A stretch of DNA of 62,995 nt, filler included, from Octopus bimaculoides (GCF_001194135.2; 5 parts of 5 records of this genome joined end to end with filler, not necessarily neighbours in it), one strand, 5' to 3'; counted from the whole stretch's first letter, positions 11,356 to 23,554 are shown. The notes: a model not told the origin generated them from the sequence alone. Translations and numbers: made by a program.

Positions 11356-11693
11356 TTGTATGAATTTATAATTATGAAAAACATTCATCCCTTCAGCTTC
11401 CGTCAAAACGGGGATACCGGAAAGTTTTATCAACAAACAACAATTCTGTTTTTCTACTGATTTATAGTTGTAACGTTGAACTGACACCGATTGCTTCTCA
11501 AAAGGTTCATTATTCTGTAGCCACGTTGCAACTAGATATTAGGAATATATTTAGATATTTAAAAGGATAAAATGAAACTATATTCAAAATGTGTTTTACA
11601 ACCATGTTCTTAGCTAAATATTCTATAAGTTCGTCGAAGCATAATTGTTTCCTTTTGTAAAAGAAAAAAAAAACCCAATTAAGTCTAATCGTG

Positions 11694-12510
11694 ATTAAAG
11701 TTAATTACAAGCTAATACATATAAGTATTTCGAAGTAAATTTACACTGTAAACTTTTCCTCCTATTTCAAAACTCCTCAACCTCAAAATGCAGAGCAGTA
11801 ATTCTATATTCTTACAGAGATACGTTTCAAAATACTTACAGAATACTTCAATATTTTGAATTATTTACCGTTGAATGACTAAAACGTTCTGTTTTTTGCA
11901 AAATAGTTTGACCTTTCATTGTTATTTTGATTCAACCACTACTACCGTGGGTTTCATGTATTTAATTTATATACTTTAAAATTTTAATTTAATTATCATC
12001 ACTATTCGGCTTTTGTGTCCGTTTATATATTCTTCTTCATTGGACATTTTTAAACGCCTACTAATTTTCTCGATGCACGTAAATGTTATTTATTAGTATT
12101 TGTTTTCACTCAGTTTTTTCTAGCGAACTTCACTCTTATGTCCATCCATACGCGTCATCATGCCCAGTTCTTTGTACATATTTCTTATTGTTTAATACTA
12201 TTATCATTTTCAAAATATATGCTTGTATATTCACTTATCTACACAACTGTGTCTCTGCAACAGTAGAAGTCCCATTAAGTTTCTTATTCATTATTGAGAA
12301 TGATGTGCCTATATGACTAACTAGTAAAATATTATGATTTGAAACGTAACTGCCTACATTAAAGTTAATTACAAGCTAATACACATAAGTATTTCGAAAT
12401 AAATTTACACTGTAAACTTTTCCTCCTATTTCAAAACTCCTCAACCTTAAAATGCAGAGAAGTAATTCTATATTCGTACAGAAATACCTCAAAATACTTA
12501 CAGAATACTT
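11694..12510. repeat. Direct repeat pair of ~155 bp (11694-11848 and 12358-12510)
   Basis: attaaagttaattacaagctaatac...aaaatacttacagaatactt occurs twice with scattered substitutions, 664 bp apart. Confidence 0.9.
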
Positions 12511-13459
12511 ACAGAAATACTTACAACTTGTGCATGCTTTAATTTTTATAGCCATTTAAAACTGCGAAACAAGTAACTTACAGTAACAATTGCTAATGTT
12601 CCATCCGCTAATGAAACATATTTAAATATATTTCATATTAGTTAAATTAATGAAATTAATTTCTTCTATTAAAACTTAAATGATCTTATAATTAGTTTCT
12701 CTTTGTTCTTCATTAATTAATTAGAAATTATACCGCGAGTGTTTAACAATTATTTTCGTATAAATCGGCTGTTTTAAAATCTCATGTAGAAACAATTACT
12801 TACTAATAAAGTTTAATGAGCAAAAATTAATGTGCAAAGACAACGAAAGTTGTCATAGAGAACTATGACGGATAGGAAAAGCAAGACAGTCTCAGAATAA
12901 ATTACTAACGAATAAACGAAAAAAAATCAAAGGTAAAATACAAGGAGAAAAGAGAATAATATAAATAGATGCGTGACGTCACTTCGTTTTATCTATAGAC
13001 GTAATGCGGTACCATTTGCATCATATCAATCATCGAGATTTAACAGAAATTCATTCCGATGTACACACCTCTCAGCCATACATACAAATATATTTTAGAT
13101 ACCTTGACAGTCATACACATAGAAGTACTTAAAACATTAATACGCACATACGCATACATTTCCACGTGCATATACTCCCACACGCATACACCCCCACACG
13201 GATACACCCCCACACGCACACAACCCCACACACAAATGCAGTAGAAAGTTTATATAAAAATTTATATAAAAATTTTAATATATAATGCCTGTAATAATTC
13301 ACGTTTGATTAACGTTAAAGTATTTTATATAATAATATAGTATAGATCTAAATGAAATATATTTCGATATTATTTTCATGTTTACGGAACAAATTATTAG
13401 TATCTGCAAGAAAATTTTGCCACGTTACTTAGGATATATGTATGTTAATATTTTATTTG

Positions 13460-14080
13460 AGGCGGTGAGCTAGCAGAAATGTAGCACGCCAGGCGAAATG
13501 CTTAGCAGCATTTCGTCCATCTCTGCGTTCTGAGTACAAATTCCGCTGAGGTCGACTTTGTCGTTCATCCTTTCGAGGTCGATAAATTACCAGTTGCGTA
13601 CTGGGGCCGATCTAATCAACTGCCCCCCCCCTCCCCCAAAATTTCAAGCCTTGTGCTTAGAGTAGAAAAGAATACTATTTTATTTGTGAAGATGGTGTGT
13701 TGGCAGAATCGTTAGCACACCGAGTAAAGCGCTTAGTGGCATTTCACTCGTCTTCACGTTCTGCGTTCAAATTCCGCCAAGGTCGACTTTGACTTTCATC
13801 CTTTCGGGTTCGATAAAATAAATACCAGTTGAACACTGGGTCGATGTAATCAACTTACCCTCTTCCCCGAAATTACTGGCCTTGTGCTAAGATTTGAAAT
13901 CAATAGTATCATGATATAATGACTAACCTGGCAACCTGGGAGAATCGTTAGCACGCCGGGCAAAATGCGCAGCGGCATTTCGTCTCTCTTTACGTTGTGA
14001 GTTCAAATTCCGCTCCAGCAGACTTTGGCTTTTATCACTTCTGGGGTCGATATATAATTGACCTGTCCCCTGTCTCGAAA
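13460..14080 (+). mobile_element. Head-to-tail cluster of three family B SINEs
   Basis: Copies at about 13460-13672, 13690-13905 and 13928-14080, each with head ggcgg(t/c)gagct(a/g)gcagaa, B-box gagttcaaattcc and body gtcgactttg..tttcatcctttcg.ggtcgataa. Confidence 0.85.
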
Positions 14081-14340
14081 TTGGTGAGAGTGACATAAGG
14101 ATTCTGAAAACACGTCATGTCTTGACACTTATTTCCAAAACAACTTTTGAATAGAACAGTACCTGGTTTGAAAATCTACAATTCAGAGTTCAGTTAAAAT
14201 CACATATTTCACAGTGTTACTTAAATTCTGACTTCACCTGTAGCCAAAAATTAAGTTGTAGGTACGAAACCGTTTGTCCGTAGTCATTCAAAATTTCAAA
14301 GTTAAGGTAGAAGAGAACCAATTCAATGAAAGATCAAATC

Positions 14341-14418
14341 TTACAGAGAAATATAATTTAGGGAAACGAAATTAGCTACAACTTGATCTGCTGCTTTACT
14401 GCGAAATAAATTTTTTTT
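14341..14418 (-). CDS. Putative last coding exon (E6) of an unidentified membrane-protein gene: KKNLFRSKAADQVVANFVSLNYISL*
   Basis: Acceptor ctaatgtatttctttacag; phase 0 matches E5; stop TAA at 14343-14341, with an alternative donor CT|GTAAGA at 14345. Confidence 0.5.
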   Translation of the reverse strand, partial: KKNLFRSKAADQVVANFVSLNYISL

Positions 14419-14530
14419 CTGTAAAGAAATACATTAGCATACCACTCAAAAATCAAGCAGCCTAGACATCTTTTATCTGTTAAAACCTGAATCAGGTAGA
14501 CTCCTTTCAAGAAGAAATCTTGCGACTCAC

Positions 14531-14645
14531 TTGGAAGAGGTTTTCCTTATCTTCTGTTCTTGAAAATCTTGTAACCACTGCAGCGAAGTACAATACATTG
14601 CCAAGGCTACTAAAGCAATATATGAAGAAAATTACCAACGAAGAC
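14531..14645 (-). CDS. Putative exon E5: SSLVIFFIYCFSSLGNVLYFAAVVTRFSRTEDKENLFQ
   Basis: Acceptor aactttcgatccag, donor CAA|GTGAGT, only one frame open across the exon, hydrophobic segment; phase 2 to 0. Confidence 0.55.
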
Positions 14646-15948
14646 CTGGATCGAAAGTTCATTTTACAATATTTTATCGTAACGTGTTTTATTAGAATGC
14701 AACTAGACAAGTCGGTCTCCATGTTTGTGAAACACCTAACTGGTTTCGGAAGCCTGACTAAATGCTTAAATATATAATATATAACAAAGAACATAGGCTT
14801 ATTAGGAATACCGTTAATATGTATTTTATATATGATGTGTATATTAAAAAACAACAATCATCATACCATCAACATCGTCAGTAGGATATCTGTGCTACAA
14901 ATATCTTATCTTTGGTGTAGCAACGTAACCAGTCTCTGTGTTCGATTAATAAGTAACCTAAATATAGGGTAACGATAGAAAATATGTATGTTCTGAATGA
15001 AAAGCCGCCATTTTGTCTCGTCTACGAGTGGTTAAAATAAATTTCAATATGACTTCTGAGGTTCTAACTTAAAACTTTGCTGAGATCAACTTTGTTTTCA
15101 TGCATTTTAAACTTTGATTTGATTCTTGCTAAACCATGCAATGACATTCCTGTACATTATATAGTAGTAATTAACTTACGAGCATATATAGAAGAGATAT
15201 TTATCTATAAAACTAGCATAATGTCTCAATTGTAGGTTGATTATAGTCAATGAAATCGAGAGCAGCATTCGTACATTACATTATTTTATCACCTTACATA
15301 GAATGAAAGGCAAAGTTAGCATAGGTGATGCATGACGTTAGAGCGTAGGACATAACTAAATAGTACACTGTCAAACCAGCATGCCACCAAAGTTGCCATG
15401 ACACGAAAATCGTAAGAAAAAGACATTAAAAATAAATATTTCGCAAAAGTGGGTGTAAAGATAATGTATTTCATAAAATATACATACATAAAATCATATA
15501 AGGTTGCCAACTTTTATAGACATTAAAATATGTGAGAGAATCAAAACACTGTAAGGAAGAATATAAATGCAGCGACTATAAGAGGTGGACAATATCAATA
15601 CAACTATAATGGACCTTGGAACAAATAGTGAAAGCAAATATTTCTGTTCATGGATTTTCAACATCGAAAAATATATAAGAAGTGTAATTGGCAGAAATAA
15701 ATTAGTTGCCTGATAGCAAAATTAATTACAGTAGTTACATAAAATTACATAAAGCAGTTGAACGAACACTAAACAATAACACAAAAATGTTTCAGAAACA
15801 CTTAAATAATGTGACATGGAAAGTCCGCCCACCTTTGAAAAATTACAGATGCATTTAAATTTCAATTGCTTTACAAACAGTAATAGAAAATTGCACCAAA
15901 TTTCAAAACAAATACGGCTGTCAACTGAGGAATCAAAATGCCTGTTAC

Positions 15949-15999
15949 CAATTAATGCAAACTTGAGTAGCTACACTGCCCTTCCCGAAGAAACATAAT
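15949..15999 (-). CDS. Putative exon E4: LCFFGKGSVATQVCIN(W)
   Basis: Acceptor ctttctgtttcctgttcag, donor TG|GTAACA, 51 nt, phase 2 to 2; the TG|G junction with E5 gives Trp. Confidence 0.55.
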
Positions 16000-16029
16000 C
16001 TGAACAGGAAACAGAAAGTTACTTTTAAT

Positions 16030-16225
16030 ATTGCATTCAAATTTTGGCACAAGGCCAGTAATTTTCAGGGGAGGGGGTTACGTCTATTACATCGGTCCCA
16101 ATGTTTAACTAGAACTAGTATTTCTTTTATCGACTCCGAAAGAATGAAAGGCAAAGAAAGCAAGGACGGATGAAATACCACTAAGAATTCTAACAGGTAT
16201 GATCACGATTCTATTTAGCTCGCCG
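16030..16225 (-). mobile_element. SINE family B
   Basis: ggcacaaggccagtaattttcagggga...ttatcgactccgaaagaatgaaaggcaaag...gctcgccgc is the reverse of family B. Confidence 0.7.
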
Positions 16226-17027
16226 CTTTGTAAGTTACTTTTAATGTCAAAGTGATAGAACGTTGGTGGGTGGCAGAAAAGAAAAAGCGCCTGACAAATT
16301 CACTTGAGGTATGTAATTGTGACCCTTGGGTATTGAATTCCTACAGAATTCAATTGTTTTTCACCCATCTGAGAATTAGACATATACAACGTTAGCGTAT
16401 ATTCAGATTTAAATATCTAATCTATGACCTACTCATATATAGCTGTGGCAACATGTCAAAATGATGAAGACTGTACTCATAAATATGTTAAGGTTGCTGT
16501 TGAAAGTCTGCCATAGAGATTAGTCTGCGTAGCCATGGTCGCAGAAAAAATATTAGTGACAAGAACATAGAGTTCACCTACTGAGTGAGAATGAAATGGT
16601 TTATGCCTTTTAATTTAGCAATGCACTAACACTTATCTATGGGGTAGGGCAAAGGATATTTGCATGAAATATGAATCATTGAATTTAAGCTAATTCTTTG
16701 TGACATCGGATAAAATGAATTTAAATCTAATCATTCACATTACAACAAACCAATCAGTTACATAATGCACTGGAAATCAACATTATGTCAAATAATGTTT
16801 AACTAATGATACATATTTCATTAAATTGTTATATTACAAGTAAATATGTAGTAGCACAAGAACGTCAACATATCGGAAGCACATCTGGAATAGCTACGAC
16901 TTTCAGAATTCGGGAAACGCTCGAGTAGAAGTATCTAAAACTTTGAAATTACCCTTTGATATCTTTAGCAAAGGAAAATTCCATTCTGCAGTGTTGTTCT
17001 AGAAATATACCTTTGAGGATCGGACTA

Positions 17028-17442
17028 CTCTTTTACTCTTTTACTCTTTTACTTGTTTCAGTCATTTGACTGCGGCCATGCTGGAGCACCGCCTTTAGTC
17101 GAGCAAATCGACCCCAGCACTTATTCTTTGTAAGCCTAGTACTTATTATATCGGTCTGTTTTGCCGAACCGCTAAGTTAACATAAACACACCACCATCGG
17201 TTGTCAAGCGATATTGGGGGGGGGGGAAACACTGACACACAAACATATAAACACACATACATATATATGTATACATATATACGACGGGCTTCTTTCAGTT
17301 TCCGTCTAGCAAATCCACTCACAAGGTCTTGGTCGGCCCGTGGCTATAGTAGAAGACACTTGCCCAAGGTGCCACTCAGTGGGACTGAACCCTGAACCAT
17401 GTGGTTGGTAAGCAAGCTACTTACCACACAGCCACTCCTGCG
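17028..17442 (-). mobile_element. Full-length SINE family A
   Basis: Tail ctcttttactcttttacttgtttcagtcatttgactgc, internal CA/TA tract and tRNA-like head all present. Confidence 0.9.
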
Positions 17443-17961
17443 ATTGAGAGTTAACTGACAAAATACCAAAAACAACACTGGAGGGTTAAAAGAGAACAAC
17501 ATTATTTTCTCTCGATTGTCAAGTATTTGAAACCACTGCGTTAACTGAAATAATTGAGGTAGCAGAAAGGAATACTGGAAGTAATTTTGAATTCATCCTT
17601 TAACTAGTTTAAAATAATTGTGATAACGTAAGTTGATTTAGTGAAATGTAATAGTTACTTGTATAAAAATTCGCTGTCCATCTTGAAAAACTGTAAGGCG
17701 TTCCACCTTTGCTGACCCTTTTGGAAAAACACATCCATTACACATTTTACGTGTTTAACCACCCAAAAATAGCAACGATCTATAGTCTCCAGTCACCGTC
17801 CCAGTGAATGCTGTTTGCAGCAAATCTAGTGATTATCATCTGCGAAGCGTATACATGTACAATGACACCTGTAAGACAATCCAGAAAGTACAGAATGCTT
17901 TCGCGGAAAGCAAAATCTAAAACTTTTTGCATGTCGTTCTCCATATTTTCTTCTTCTGTAC

Positions 17962-18030
17962 CTGATACGCATGATGCGATCTTCTACCTTATATGCATGC
18001 TGTTTTGCGTCAAGTAAGACTTTACTCATA
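17962..18030 (-). CDS. Putative exon E3: MSKVLLDAKQHAYKVEDRIMRI(R)
   Basis: Acceptor caatatcttgttag, donor CAG|GTACAG, phase 2 to 2; AG|A junction with E4. Confidence 0.45.
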
Positions 18031-18357
18031 CTAACAAGATATTGCCTAAGATTTCTATATCAACAACTATATTACCATCATTTACACACAGTAATAGATC
18101 ACTTTAATCAAACTCGGAAAATGTTTCTGACAGTTTCAAACATTACTTTTAAATACTACTCTTTTAATCACCAGAGTGTTCGAGTTTTCTCTCGCTACAG
18201 AAGTGATTTTAACATATATCTAAACGCACATTTCTGTTTCTACCTATCAAGAGCAACAATCTTAAGTCCCCAGTTAACAAGGTATCTACTTTCGTTTGGC
18301 ATGATAAAATCTAAATCACATGACTGCATCGTCCCTCAGGTTGAAACGCCATCTCAC

Positions 18358-18474
18358 TCCTCAGTGACAACCGTTCGTAGAATCTGATATAATGAAGTAC
18401 TGTGCTCCTTAATCACCGCAGGTCTTTTGTCTCTAATTAATTCCCATTCAATATTATCTGCCAAGGTGAACTCC
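18358..18474 (-). CDS. Putative exon E2: EFTLADNIEWELIRDKRPAVIKEHSTSLYQILRTVVTE(D)
   Basis: Acceptor gatacgttcacag, donor GA|GTGAGA, 117 nt open, phase 2 to 2. Confidence 0.5.
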
Positions 18475-18666
18475 CTGTGAACGTATCAATCATGAGCTAC
18501 CAAAAAACGTGTTTTCTAATTTCAGAAGTGATCTGTTAATTTTTTTTCCATTTTACAGTGAAATTACAGGACACACACCAAAGGAATTTTAAAGACTACT
18601 CTAGTTTTTTGTTAATTTTGTCATTCCTCATACGTATTTGCTGTCCCTTCGAAGCAGAACACAGAC

Positions 18667-18710
18667 CTATGTAGGCGATTATAATCTGCAATATTCAGTT
18701 TGTAAAACTT
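18667..18710 (-). CDS. Putative exon E1: KFYKLNIADYNRLH(R)
   Basis: Acceptor ctctgattgcgttccttag, weaker donor AG|GTCTGT, phase 0 to 2. Confidence 0.4.
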
Positions 18711-19229
18711 CTAAGGAACGCAATCAGAGATGCTGCTAAGATAAAAGCAATAGTTAAGATAACGATTCCTTTCGTAGTTAGAACGGACCATTGTGCAAAA
18801 CATCTCTGCCATTACATGGCAAACATTTATCAAAGAAAATTATTGCAGATTCAATACTTTCTAACTTTAAATGCATTTCCATTACTCTATTTATTCATAT
18901 TAAATTTTCTTGTTTGAGGTAACATTAAAATATCGGAAAAAGAAAATACAGGGGAATCAATTATTTATGATTTTATTCCAGAAACTTCCCTCTGAGATTC
19001 ACACACTTATTGTAGTGGTCCTTCATTTTTTCTCAGCCCTGTATAAGAAGTCGGAAGGCCTTTCGCGACAACCTTAAAACCAGGAATGTTTCAGTAACCC
19101 CTCGTATATGTATGTATGCGTATATATGTATATATATATGGGAGAATATACAAAAAATAACAACAGACGAGGACAGGTGGTGTAAATAACAAAAGTATAT
19201 ATTAGTATGACGCTCGGGAATACGGAAAG

Positions 19230-19266
19230 TCTTTGACGTTTCGAGCTACGCTCTTCAACAGAAAGA
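19230..19266 (-). ncRNA. Minimal hammerhead-like motif with a CUGUUGA core
   Basis: TCTTT CTGTTGA A GAGC-GTA-GCTC GAAA CGTC AAAGA: 5-bp stem I, 4-bp stem II, palindromic ACGT stem III, GUC site. Confidence 0.65.
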
Positions 19267-20398
19267 ATACGGAGACAAGGAGAAAAACACGGAGAAAAAA
19301 AATTGAATATGTATATTGAATATGTATATATATATATATATATNNNNNNNNNNNNNNNNNNNNNNNNNNNNNNNNNNNNNNNNNNNNNNNNNNNNNNNNN
19401 NNNNNNNNNNNNNNNNNNNNNNNNNNNNNNNNNNNNNNNNNNNNNNNNNNNNNNNNNNNNNNNNNNNNNNNNNNNNNNNNNNNNNNNNNNNNNNNNNNNN
19501 NNNNNNNNNNNNNNNNNNNNNNNNNNNNNNNNNNNNNNNNNNNNNNNNNNNNNNNNNNNNNNNNNNNNNNNNNNNNNNNNNNNNNNNNNNNNNNNNNNNN
19601 NNNNNNNNNNNNNNNNNNNNNNNNNNNNNNNNNNNNNNNNNNNNNNNNNNNNNNNNNNNNNNNNNNNNNNNNNNNNNNNNNNNNNNNNNNNNNNNNNNNN
19701 NNNNNNNNNNNNNNNNNNNNNNNNNNNNNNNNNNNNNNNNNNNNNNNNNNNNNNNNNNNNNNNNNNNNNNNNNNNNNNNNNNNNNNNNNNNNNNNNNNNN
19801 NNNNNNNNNNNNNNNNNNNNNNNNNNNNNNNNNNNNNNNNNNNNNNNNNNNNNNNNNNNNNNNNNNNNNNNNNNNNNNNNNNNNNNNNNNNNNNNNNNNN
19901 NNNNNNNNNNNNNNNNNNNNNNNNNNNNNNNNNNNNNNNNNNNNNNNNNNNNNNNNNNNNNNNNNNNNNNNNNNNNNNNNNNNNNNNNNNNNNNNNNNNN
20001 NNNNNNNNNNNNNNNNNNNNNNNNNNNNNNNNNNNNNNNNNNNNNNNNNNNNNNNNNNNNNNNNNNNNNNNNNNNNNNNNNNNNNNNNNNNNNNNNNNNN
20101 NNNNNNNNNNNNNNNNNNNNNNNNNNNNNNNNNNNNNNNNNNNNNNNNNNNNNNNNNNNNNNNNNNNNNNNNNNNNNNNNNNNNNNNNNNNNNNNNNNNN
20201 NNNNNNNNNNNNNNNNNNNNNNNNNNNNNNNNNNNNNNNACTGACATAAGCCTGTCCTATATATGTGTATATATATATATGTATGTATATATATATGTAT
20301 ATATATATGGGAGAATATACAAAAAATAACAACAGACGAGGACAGGTGGTGTAAATAACAAAAGTATATATTAGTATGACGCTCGGGAATACGGAAAG

Positions 20399-20435
20399 TC
20401 TTTGACGTTTCGAGCTACGCTCTTCAACAGAAAGA
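20399..20435 (-). ncRNA. Second identical CUGUUGA hammerhead-like motif
   Basis: Same sequence as 19230-19266. Confidence 0.65.
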
Positions 20436-20539
20436 ATACGGAGACAAGGAGAAAAACACGGAGAAAAAAAATTGAATATGTATATTGAATATGTATATAT
20501 ATATATATATATGTGTGTGTGCGTGTGTGTGCGTGTGTG

Positions 20540-20712
20540 TGTATGTATGTGTGCCTGTGTTTGTCCCCCCAATATCACTGGACAACCGATAGGATAAGTA
20601 CCAGGCTTACAAGTACCAGGCTTACAAAGAATAAGTCCTGGTATCGATTTGCTCGACTAAAAGGTGGTGCTCCAGCATGGCCACAGTCAAATGACTGAGA
20701 CAAGTAAAGAGA
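20540..20712 (+). mobile_element. SINE family A, 3' half
   Basis: tgtttgtccccccaatatc...ggtggtgctccagcatggccacagtcaaatgactgagacaagtaaagag, with a 16-bp internal tandem duplication. Confidence 0.8.
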
Positions 20713-20722
20713 GTATATATAT

Positions 20723-21569
20723 ATTACATGGAAAAATGTGAGCAAGAGAAATAATATTCTTAAGATTATAAACCTGGAAAAGTACAGGACAAGTTATTAT
20801 CCTTAGAAAAGTCAGGACAGGTGATTACATCTGGTAATGTACTGAAAAAGAAAATTCTTACTTAAAATAGTGTAGCTAAGGATAACATATCACATTAAAT
20901 ATTTAGATTTAGAAAATATTAGCTTTTATTAAGCAAAATCAATTTTTTACAAGTTATTACTTCTATTTTCTATTACTTGTTACTTCTATCAAAAATAAAA
21001 AATAATCAAAATATAGTTTGCACTTTAAAAGAATCCTTTTTTTAAATTATTAATTGATAATTAGAATTTTGAAAGTAGGTTATAAAAAATAATAGTAGTA
21101 CATAATTAGTTAGTACAATAAAGAGAATAATGCAAAAAATAGCTATATATTACAGTGAAATATACCTGTAACAACAAATTCACAGTAAATTTGCTTGAGT
21201 TATTGCCTATGTTATTGCCAAGTCTTCAAATGTTTAGTCGTAACCTAATGCCTATTTTTTACATAATGAATTTGTCTACCATATATACTATTCTACTTTG
21301 CATGAAAATTTAGCCATGTTGGTACTTCTGGCTCTTATTCTTTAAGCATTCTAGTGTGTCAATATTTTAACATAATATTCTAATCATAATGTTACTTTGT
21401 AAATAAAAATGAAATAATTTTTAATATTCAAATTTTATACTTAGCTGCAATATTTTAAGTAGAAATTGTCTTGTTCTGTACTTTACCAGATGTAATAACT
21501 TGTCCTGTACTTTCCCAGTTTTATAATCTTAAGAATATCATTTCTCTTGCTCGCATTTTCTCATGTAAT
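20723..21569. mobile_element. Non-autonomous TIR element (~110-bp TIRs with subterminal repeats)
   Basis: attacatgg..gagcaagagaaataatattcttaagattataaacctggaaaagtacaggacaagttatta is mirrored at about 21460-21569; AT-rich non-coding interior. Confidence 0.8.
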
Positions 21570-22353
21570 CCATGTTATTTCCAGGCTATTCTATTATGCT
21601 AAGTAATAACGTGGGAAACAAACGCTTATGACATTTTTCTTTTAAAACTTCATTGCATGAGATTGATATAACGATATTCCTCGAATTGAGCTCTGTCATT
21701 AAACTTAATTAAAGTATAGTTTGTTTTTGAAATAAAAAAGTTAGTTATACTTAAATCCAATTTTTTGCCTTTGTTATATTTTTTCATGATATTTTACCGA
21801 ACAACATTTTTAATACAAATCTTTCTTGCATGGGAACAAAGCTATGAAATTCTTCATGCTTTCTTCTATCTTTGAAGCTAAGATGAATATATTTTGCTTT
21901 TAAAATAATAAAAAAAAGTTATTTAGATCTAAACTTAACCGGAAGTGTTACTTACTCTCCTATAACATTACTACAAAGTTTGATGTAAACCTTTTTTCAC
22001 CTGGACCAAATGTCAATTTTTTATGGACCACTCCTTTTCGAAAACGTTAAGAGTTTTCAATTTGGTTATGACCTGAATTAGCCTCGAACTCTGAAAGATG
22101 CTGCGTGTGAGTAAATTGTGGCCTTAAGAATATTATTTTACTACTACCGTATCAAAATACGTTATATTATAGAAATCAATCCATGCCTGAAAAAAGTACT
22201 CATTGGTTAATGTAACAGATTATTGTCATTAAATACACTGTTCGTTAAATGTCAATAGATATACACAGTTCCATATTGTCGTACACAATCGCAGTGTAAG
22301 ACATGTATATATATATATATAATATATGATGTATACACCCATATATGTGTGTA

Positions 22354-22405
<52 letters not shown>

Positions 22406-22437
22406 TACACACACACACATACACACACACACGCACG

Positions 22438-22472
<35 letters not shown>

Positions 22473-23554
22473 GCATGAACACATGCACACATACACTATT
22501 GGAGAATTAATTCCCATTATATAAGCCCTGGTTTATTCAAAACATTCAGCAAAACCAAGGGAATTGTAGCGGTGTTTTCTGCCGTTTTAAAATATTTCTT
22601 ATTTTCCCTTTAAAAGAGTTTTATGCAAATAATATTAATTTGATTTTAAGAAATGTGAGATTTTTCAAGAAATATCAGTTTGTGGTTTCATAGTTGAAAA
22701 ATAACGCATGATTCGTAAAATAAGCAGAACAATATTGTCAATATGTTAGAATGCGTAATGAAGTAGATTTAGCTGCTATTTGTAGCTAGGCGAAACTTAC
22801 TTTAGTGATTAGAGGTTACTGAGACTCAAATGTAGATATGTGCATTTCATGTGGATATGCTTTATTTTTCTTGTGATTTGTAATGAAAGAATACGGCTAG
22901 TTTCGGTGGTGTATAAAACAGTTTGCAAAAATCAAACAGATCATATTTAATAATTACAGAATGCAAGTGGCCAAAAAAATCTGAAATATTTTACGATTAT
23001 AAGGAGAAAGCCTGAGCCGAGTGTTGAAGATTTTAGATCTTATTTAAAAGTGTAATCGCAAATATGTATTTGTTACGATCTTGAAAGATTAACTCCGTGA
23101 TACTGTTCAGTGGGGGCATGTTGACAAAGCAAAAGGTTTCTTTCGTATATATTCTCAGCGTGATTTTTTCTTGTTGAAAGAGTCATTAGAGAATATTCGA
23201 AAGTATCTATTCCTGTACATTATTGAAGATTGGCGGGAGATGTCTAGACGTTTGTATTTTGAGGATAGAATCAAAAGTGAAATTATCAGAGTATGAGTGT
23301 TTGTACGTAGGTGTTTGGAATATAAAACCGACAAAATGTCAGCGTGTTACAGTTATGAATAGAATGCTTCGCAGATTTATTCTAATTGATTGCGCTCTGA
23401 GTACATCTCCATACTTTAGACTCAACGAAAAAGGACTAATCCAGGGGCGATTATATGGCGGAACTGTTAGAGGATTGAGTGAGAGGCCTTGAGGTATTTA
23501 TCCGTGCTCTTCACCAGTTTGATAGTAGCACATGATACCAAGCTGTATCGGCAC

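Larger units (their letters stand above)
19138..20512 (-). repeat. Two identical ~205-bp hammerhead-bearing units flanking a ~900-N gap
   Basis: 19138-19343 equals 20307-20512 (offset 1169); the sequences upstream of the two copies differ. Confidence 0.85.

Noticed and set aside
17780-17868. Strong minus-strand acceptor at 17868 and the candidate exon at 16578
   Set aside because: They lead to stops in the frame set by E3 or lack good donors. They remain alternatives that would alter the gene model.
18948-19042. TACAGGG...CCCTGTA tiny mariner-like MITE
   Set aside because: Only 7 bp of inverted match; not enough support.
14584-23294. Plus-strand candidate exons (14584-14678, 16249-16308, 16442-16491, 17821-17870, 23181-23294)
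   Set aside because: Each looks plausible alone, but most are phase 1 to 0 and do not chain; the minus-strand chain is more consistent.
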